Virus record (IMG/VR): IMGVR_UViG_3300020576_004053
Location: 32,001-96,000 of that record
Strand: one strand, 5' to 3'
DNA: 64,000 nt
Source: a virus
Taxonomy: Duplodnaviria > Caudoviricetes
Part shown: piece after piece, positions 58,899 through 64,000 of the stretch
Layout of the letters: each line of letters starts with the position of its first letter
Position numbering within the stretch: the stretch's first letter is position 1
Notes under the pieces: generated by a model
Seen by the model: the letters and a program-made list of their open reading frames with translations, nothing else
Told to the model about the DNA's origin: nothing
Databases searched by the model: none
Made by a program: the position numbers and the translations under genes

Positions 58899-59346
58899 TG
58901 TTGCGGAAATTCGGTGCCAACGAGTTCACCGTCTTTAAATCTTGAGAGTAATTCTTGTTCATTGCTCTAATGATGAAATCCGGCACCGCTTCAGGTGGAA
59001 TAGGAATTTGATTACCGCTTTCCGTCAATGCCTTGGTTGGAATATTAAGGTTCTCCCGACCCGCTGCACCATGACTAGCACGGAAGTTTTGTGCAATCTC
59101 GTTACGCGTTATTGGCATGGTAGGATACGGTTCATACCCAGACGTACTTTCCATCAATGTTCTACGCTTATGAGAATTGTCTACAACATCGATGTCATCC
59201 GGTTCCATGGTTACATGGGATTCCATGATAATACCCGCCAAAGACTCTTTAATGAGTTTTGGTAGAATAGTTGGCAATACTCGCTTCATTTCTTTTCGTA
59301 CAATTGCTTCAACTAAACGTACTAGTTGATCATTTTTATTAGACAT
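58888..59346 (-). CDS. Hypothetical protein (152 aa) with several [IL]xE sites
   Basis: GAGGA RBS; IVRKE, LIKES, IMES, LMES, LTES; C-terminal AMNKNYS. Confidence 0.7.
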   Translation of the reverse strand: MSNKNDQLVRLVEAIVRKEMKRVLPTILPKLIKESLAGIIMESHVTMEPDDIDVVDNSHKRRTLMESTSGYEPYPTMPITRNEIAQNFRASHGAAGRENLNIPTKALTESGNQIPIPPEAVPDFIIRAMNKNYSQDLKTVNSLAPNFRNNGY

Positions 59347-59355
59347 GAACAGTCC

Positions 59356-60705
59356 TCATTTTTTAATGTATCCCACTGAACTATTAAACGATGCAAATTT
59401 ACCAGTCGCCACATCAACCTTTAACTTAGTCAATGCCTGAATAACTTTTGGAGATAATACCCCCGGTCCCATCGATGTAATTACGTGGGACGCCGCATTC
59501 GTTAAATGTGCATCGATAAACGCTTCTAGAAACTTTGCCAACGTAGCTCCTGCCGGAATTGGCTCAGTTTCATCTGACCGCATACCTACATATACTTTCG
59601 GTGAAATAAACGAATGCCGACTTCCAGCCGTCGATTCTACAAACCCCTTTGTATCAAAAATGGTATTACGACCGACCTTATACAACATATCACGCCCAAT
59701 AGTTACCTTAGTATCTCGTTCGATCTTAGATACGTAGTCTCGACCGGCGTCTACCGTGAAATCTACTACCGTTGTCCAGTGAATACCTTTCTTAGAAAAT
59801 CCAAAAATCTTATCGGTCTTAGTATTTACTACGAACCGATCCGTGTTTATAATTATCTGGTTTTTATCAAGTTTGGCAGGAAATTCATCAATTGACGCGC
59901 CATGGACCGAATTTCCTTTCGTCGCATAGGTTAATGGGACGATTTGGTCTTCAGTTAGATAGATCGATGACTTGTCTTCATTGATATCCTCTTTAACCAA
60001 CCCATATCTAGACGGACACGATCTAGGAGCCGACGCCCATGGCCCCACTCGTAGTAGTAAATTGGCCGCTTGGTCCTTTACAGACGATTTGAAGGTAGAT
60101 TTAGGTTCATTGGTCCATGCCGCCCCTAGTCGTATTGATGAGCCGGAACGACCTTCAAAAATGACATCCCCCTCATCGTGCCGTAACCGATATACACTTT
60201 CTTGATCGACGAAATACGATCCCAATCGATTGGCCGGATCGGACGCACCTACCTTTGTCGGATTGGACACAGACTGTTTAAACGACTGCGCCCGTGTAGA
60301 ATCATCCACGGGCGACTGTAATTCCGCCTCAATTCCAACCATCGGATGGGACGTTACCCGATTAGAGGTATTTATTTTGTGAGTATAATACGTTCTGTTT
60401 AACGACGGTATGATATGCACAATCTCATTGATCATCGGATATTCAGAATAATTTGTTTCCAATGGGAACGCCCAGTGTAATTGGGCATCATTCCGGTATG
60501 ACTGATGTTTCAATGCTCGGTATTTAATCACACCGATATTATAACCATCGACGCTATATTCTGGGTGGGAATCATTAACAATGACATCCAGTACCACCGC
60601 TTCTATAATCTGGTCCGTCTCAACTCTAGGACCAAGTACATCGGTAGGGCTGAATGGATTATGGGCACTCAATGGATTAATGATCCGTCGCCCATTATTT
60701 CCCAT
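59356..60705 (-). CDS. Baseplate hub/central spike-like protein (gp5-like OB-fold and beta-helix)
   Basis: A.V.DVI...H, P.INE.V, EGDVIFEGRSGSSIRLG, QI.I.TDR, 8-aa IGRD/VGRN repeats; upstream of gp25. Confidence 0.65.
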   Translation of the reverse strand: MGNNGRRIINPLSAHNPFSPTDVLGPRVETDQIIEAVVLDVIVNDSHPEYSVDGYNIGVIKYRALKHQSYRNDAQLHWAFPLETNYSEYPMINEIVHIIPSLNRTYYTHKINTSNRVTSHPMVGIEAELQSPVDDSTRAQSFKQSVSNPTKVGASDPANRLGSYFVDQESVYRLRHDEGDVIFEGRSGSSIRLGAAWTNEPKSTFKSSVKDQAANLLLRVGPWASAPRSCPSRYGLVKEDINEDKSSIYLTEDQIVPLTYATKGNSVHGASIDEFPAKLDKNQIIINTDRFVVNTKTDKIFGFSKKGIHWTTVVDFTVDAGRDYVSKIERDTKVTIGRDMLYKVGRNTIFDTKGFVESTAGSRHSFISPKVYVGMRSDETEPIPAGATLAKFLEAFIDAHLTNAASHVITSMGPGVLSPKVIQALTKLKVDVATGKFASFNSSVGYIKK

Positions 60706-61093
60706 CGGTCTTCTCCACTAATCTAGCCGGTTGCACGGATTCAATCTCCACCAACCCAGATTCTAAGTCAACCATAGCCGCCTTTAGCAGTGCCTGACGT
60801 TCTGCAGCACTAAGAATCTCGCTCACATCCCCAGAACCACCGGCAGATTCCGCTGCAATAATTCGCTGAACCACCGTCGCAATTTTAAGCAAGTGTTCGT
60901 CATTTCTACCAAGTACATCCAGATATTCTTTAAGCACTGGCGCAAGCATGACTGCGGTGTCTAGATCACAAATCATTTTACGGATTTGATCAATGACATC
61001 GGTTAAAATTGCCCGTCTGCTCTGTGAATGTGAATACACATCCTTCAATAGACCGGATAGATCTTTATCGTCAAATATTTTAGTGTCTTTCAT
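60695..61093 (-). CDS. Helical hypothetical protein (132 aa); terminase small subunit is possible but unsupported
   Basis: All-alpha pattern, P.LKEYLDV..RNDE.L.K.A..VQR; promoter motif upstream. Confidence 0.6.
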   Translation of the reverse strand: MKDTKIFDDKDLSGLLKDVYSHSQSRRAILTDVIDQIRKMICDLDTAVMLAPVLKEYLDVLGRNDEHLLKIATVVQRIIAAESAGGSGDVSEILSAAERQALLKAAMVDLESGLVEIESVQPARLVEKTDGK

Positions 61094-61110
61094 AGAATAT
61101 ACCCCATTCT

Positions 61111-61118
61111 AATAAATA
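61111..61118 (-). promoter_or_regulatory. Putative late promoter TATTTATT (baseplate unit)
   Basis: Intergenic motif right after the sigma factor gene. Confidence 0.65.
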
Positions 61119-61128
61119 GGACTATACC

Positions 61129-61851
61129 CTATTTTGTACGATGTCCTACCGTACCATATTCCATAAATTCTTCATATTGGTATGCAGTGATATCTCGCAT
61201 CTTATTCACCACCCTCGTGATATACGACGTTTTGCAATTCGTTATCTCTCGGATCATGATATATAATGCCTTTTTATTGAAGTTTTCGATCCCATTGGCA
61301 TTCTTCATTAGCTCTACTACCGCCATGGCAATCTCGGCATCCCGCTGTTTTTTAAAGATACGGTTGACATTTTTCTGCCAATAATCGATTAACAGCGCCA
61401 CGAATTCAACCACATCATCACCACGTCGTTCATCCGGAGCTTCCAATGACAACATCTCTTCTATCGACACGTTAGACGAATCACAATCATATAGCGAAAT
61501 AGATCGCTTCTGTTGCGTATATGCGTTGTTATTGTGTAGGATGAGATAATTTTTGGCGATGACAGAAAAATATGAAAATGCTTTACCTTTATCCTGTGTG
61601 TATTTTGATAAATTGATAGCTAAGTACGAAATAACTTGTCGCTTTGTCTCTTCAAAGGATTGGGTCTGCTGTAAATATGGAAACTTAAAACGATTGATGA
61701 CGTTCTCAGCCAGCTTATTCAGCGGATATTGGATATGATCAATGTAGATCTTCTCACGTTCTACGGAATCAAACGACTCATTATATGCGATAATTGCTTT
61801 CTGGGTCTGCTCAGTAAAATATACTTTGTTGTTCGGTTCAGTTGTTGTCAT
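61129..61851 (-). CDS. Phage late sigma factor (gp55-like); start refined to MTTTEP
   Basis: YF....AI..YN, KLAEN.I..FKF.Y, KY..DKGKAFSYFSVIAKNYLI (region 2-like); GAGGA RBS. Confidence 0.72.
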   Translation of the reverse strand: MTTTEPNNKVYFTEQTQKAIIAYNESFDSVEREKIYIDHIQYPLNKLAENVINRFKFPYLQQTQSFEETKRQVISYLAINLSKYTQDKGKAFSYFSVIAKNYLILHNNNAYTQQKRSISLYDCDSSNVSIEEMLSLEAPDERRGDDVVEFVALLIDYWQKNVNRIFKKQRDAEIAMAVVELMKNANGIENFNKKALYIMIREITNCKTSYITRVVNKMRDITAYQYEEFMEYGTVGHRTK

Positions 61852-62128
61852 TATCTTCCTCAGTAAAAAATGCATTTAACGAATCTACTATCGCCAACAT
61901 CGTCTTAAACACTCCTCCTACTTCATCAGTAGCTTCAAATGCACCACGTAAATCGATTGCCCGCATACTCGCAACCGCAACAACAATCTTTTCATTAATA
62001 GCAGATAACATGTTGTCACGATCATATATCATCTTTTCCATTATTTCGTTTTTACGCAATAGATTGAAAATGATGAACCCAAATAATAGATACGATAGAA
62101 TTAGAATAACAGATAGTAGTATTATCAT
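61838..62128 (-). CDS. Small protein with N-terminal TM; start refined to MIILLS
   Basis: TM followed by NLLRKNE, ID.RG.FE..DEVG..F; ATGA overlap with glycosyltransferase. Confidence 0.7.
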   Translation of the reverse strand: MIILLSVILILSYLLFGFIIFNLLRKNEIMEKMIYDRDNMLSAINEKIVVAVASMRAIDLRGAFEATDEVGGVFKTMLAIVDSLNAFFTEEDNDNN

Positions 62129-62868
62129 AATGTACTCATAGATGAATAGGATTGATTCTGTGCTCGCTGACGGACGAAGGTCTTCTGATGCCACAATGCA
62201 TATTCAAGTTCTGGTGGCAACACGCCTAAATTTTTGTATCCTGTCAATTGTTCATGCACAGCTTTTGACCACACGATGGCCGGATCTGCTTTATATAAAC
62301 GCACCTGATAATCTGGCCACGCTACGACCGGATCACGAATGACTATCTCAGAATCTGTTTCCGATTGTATCAACCCATAATTTACCCACAAGGCAACTTG
62401 ATCCATCGGCACCGGTTTATGATGCACGGACGAAATTTCTGGAAATGACGTAACGCTACAGCCCCATTCCTTCACATACCATAGCGGTAGTTCATCAATC
62501 AGATTGACGCGAGGAATGGCATATGCGTCGTAGTCAGGATTAGCATCGATCAAATCTTTGAAATAACAAAACAGATCCAATGAAATCGCCTCGTCAGCAT
62601 CTAAATTCAAAATCCATGGGGCCGACGCCAGTGATGACATATACGTTTTATGTGCACCAAAATTCCCATTTACGGCATGGGAAAATACATGTATTTTATC
62701 ACGATGCTTGTTAAATGCGTCTAATATACTAGGATGATCCGAGTGATCATCTACTACAATAATTTCAGATTCAAATGGTGCCGCCTCTGTGATGGCAACC
62801 AAATTATCCAGCAATGAAGGAATATATTCTACTTCATTGTGAGTGCCTACAATAACCGATACCTGCAT
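62125..62868 (-). CDS. Glycosyltransferase family 2
   Basis: VSVIV.THNE, EIIVVDD.S, WILNLDADE, PDYQ.RL, VHE. Confidence 0.9.
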   Translation of the reverse strand: MQVSVIVGTHNEVEYIPSLLDNLVAITEAAPFESEIIVVDDHSDHPSILDAFNKHRDKIHVFSHAVNGNFGAHKTYMSSLASAPWILNLDADEAISLDLFCYFKDLIDANPDYDAYAIPRVNLIDELPLWYVKEWGCSVTSFPEISSVHHKPVPMDQVALWVNYGLIQSETDSEIVIRDPVVAWPDYQVRLYKADPAIVWSKAVHEQLTGYKNLGVLPPELEYALWHQKTFVRQRAQNQSYSSMSTL

Positions 62869-62870
62869 AG

Positions 62871-63788
62871 TTACTCTCCGATATTAATACCATACCGTTT
62901 ACGAAAGTTCAGTTCGTCCTCTGTCAATTGAGGTTCTTCTGGTGGTGGCTGAACTACGTCTGTTGGAGTATCAATCGCTTCTACAACAGGTAGGATCAGA
63001 TCTTCCGGTAATGGCGCTTCTGGTAATATATCCCGATTTATAGGGGTATTGATAGAGGTGTCGCGTAATGAATTATATGCAATCAATAGTGTTATCGATA
63101 GCGGATCAAATACTAATACGATAGACAGGATAAACCATCGCACAATAGTATCTAACGGTACGCCTAACATGTCTGCTACATAATAAAATGTACCGATTTT
63201 GGATGACGTGGAAATGGAGGATTTCAGGCGAGTTGCTTCAAACTGCAAACTATCATACGTAGTAGACACTGCCATAAGCTGAGATTGTAGCTTATCTACT
63301 TGCGTATTTTGTTGCTGCACAGTTTTCTGCTGTGTAATGAATCCAGACTTTCCCACCATCCCATCCAATCGATTTTCCTGTTGACGGAGCAATGCGGTTG
63401 ATTGGACTAACTGAGTGCTCAAACGATCTTTCGATGACAGCAATGATTGTTGTTGCGAGGAAATAGCTGCAATCTGCGCTTCAGTCGAGGTTATTCCTGA
63501 TGCAGATGCGGCATATGCAGATGACAGATACCCATATACGCCCACGCTCGTAATGCTCATCAGCACAATCGATGCTATGACATAGTATATACGTAACAGT
63601 TTGCTAATATGTTGCCACCGTCTATATAAAAACGAAACAACGACGAGCTTTCCAACTTCTAAAGCCGTCGCCATAATCATTGCCGATATAGTCGCACCCG
63701 TAAATAACTGACCTATTCCAGTTATTGAAAAATAACCAGCGCATGATGCAATTAGTAACGCAGTGAACAATACAATATATACAAACAT
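62871..63788 (-). CDS. Multi-TM membrane protein with coiled coil (305 aa)
   Basis: A.YFS..G...LF, LE.GKL, ITS.G.YGYLS, IV.VFDPL. Confidence 0.8.
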   Translation of the reverse strand: MFVYIVLFTALLIASCAGYFSITGIGQLFTGATISAMIMATALEVGKLVVVSFLYRRWQHISKLLRIYYVIASIVLMSITSVGVYGYLSSAYAASASGITSTEAQIAAISSQQQSLLSSKDRLSTQLVQSTALLRQQENRLDGMVGKSGFITQQKTVQQQNTQVDKLQSQLMAVSTTYDSLQFEATRLKSSISTSSKIGTFYYVADMLGVPLDTIVRWFILSIVLVFDPLSITLLIAYNSLRDTSINTPINRDILPEAPLPEDLILPVVEAIDTPTDVVQPPPEEPQLTEDELNFRKRYGINIGE

Positions 63789-63803
63789 GTGTTATCCTAA
63801 AAG

Positions 63804-63829
63804 AAACAGGGGATTTTCATCCCCTGTTT
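63804..63829 (-). terminator. Rho-independent terminator hairpin
   Basis: AAACAGGGGAT / ATCCCCTGTTT 11-bp stem, T-rich tail on minus strand. Confidence 0.8.
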
Positions 63830-63870
63830 GTTTATAAGTCAAGAAGAAACCTTTGAAGGATCACCCCCGG

Positions 63871-63963
63871 TTAGGCAGCAAAAGGTTCTGGTTGACTATT
63901 AGAAGACGTTGGTTCGTCACATTGAGAACAGATTAACAGATTACAAAATGCACAACACGCCAT
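63871..63963 (-). CDS. Candidate 30-aa Cys-rich microprotein MACCAFCNLLICSQCDEPTSSNSQPEPFAA
   Basis: Manual translation; GGAG 7 nt upstream of ATG; terminator downstream. Confidence 0.4.
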   Translation of the reverse strand: MACCAFCNLLICSQCDEPTSSNSQPEPFAA

Positions 63964-64000
63964 TGTACGCTCCGGTTAAAGTAAATCCCTACCCAAATAA

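Noticed and set aside
257-62342. Numerous plus-strand ORFs and nested short minus-strand ORFs in the ORF track
   Set aside because: All overlap convincing minus-strand genes and show no recognisable motifs; antisense or alternate-frame shadows
63830-64000. tRNA or tmRNA at the right edge
   Set aside because: No T-arm/acceptor-CCA pattern visible; only the FAA-stop ending is tmRNA-like, and the window edge limits assessment

Overview
A 64-kb segment of a large T4-like myovirus (jumbo-type) genome. All convincing genes are on the minus strand and use the standard genetic code. Read in transcription order (right to left), it contains: a membrane protein, a GT2 glycosyltransferase and a gp55-like late sigma factor; a baseplate cluster (spike/hub-like, gp25, gp6, a large wedge protein and accessory proteins); a small replication/recombination island (HNH, primase, and an SbcD-SbcC/gp47-gp46 fusion split in two by a homing endonuclease gene); a 3173-aa fibre protein followed by a Gly-rich adhesin-like gene; terminase large subunit, portal, prohead protease, a phage-encoded ribosomal protein bS21, scaffold, major capsid, neck proteins, sheath and tube; and repeat-rich tail fibre genes. 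There are four AT-rich homing endonuclease genes. The main points of interest are (1) the split nuclease gene whose halves end and begin with complementary acidic/basic peptides, (2) a pervasive [S/T]-[G/A/S]-S motif apparently confined to surface-exposed virion parts, next to a glycosyltransferase gene, (3) a late promoter motif TAT(T/G)TAT, often the exact reverse complement of the T4 TATAAATA box, and (4) a pseudoknot/attenuator-like leader in front of the scaffold-capsid genes. Product calls rest on motif recognition and gene order only; no database searches were run.
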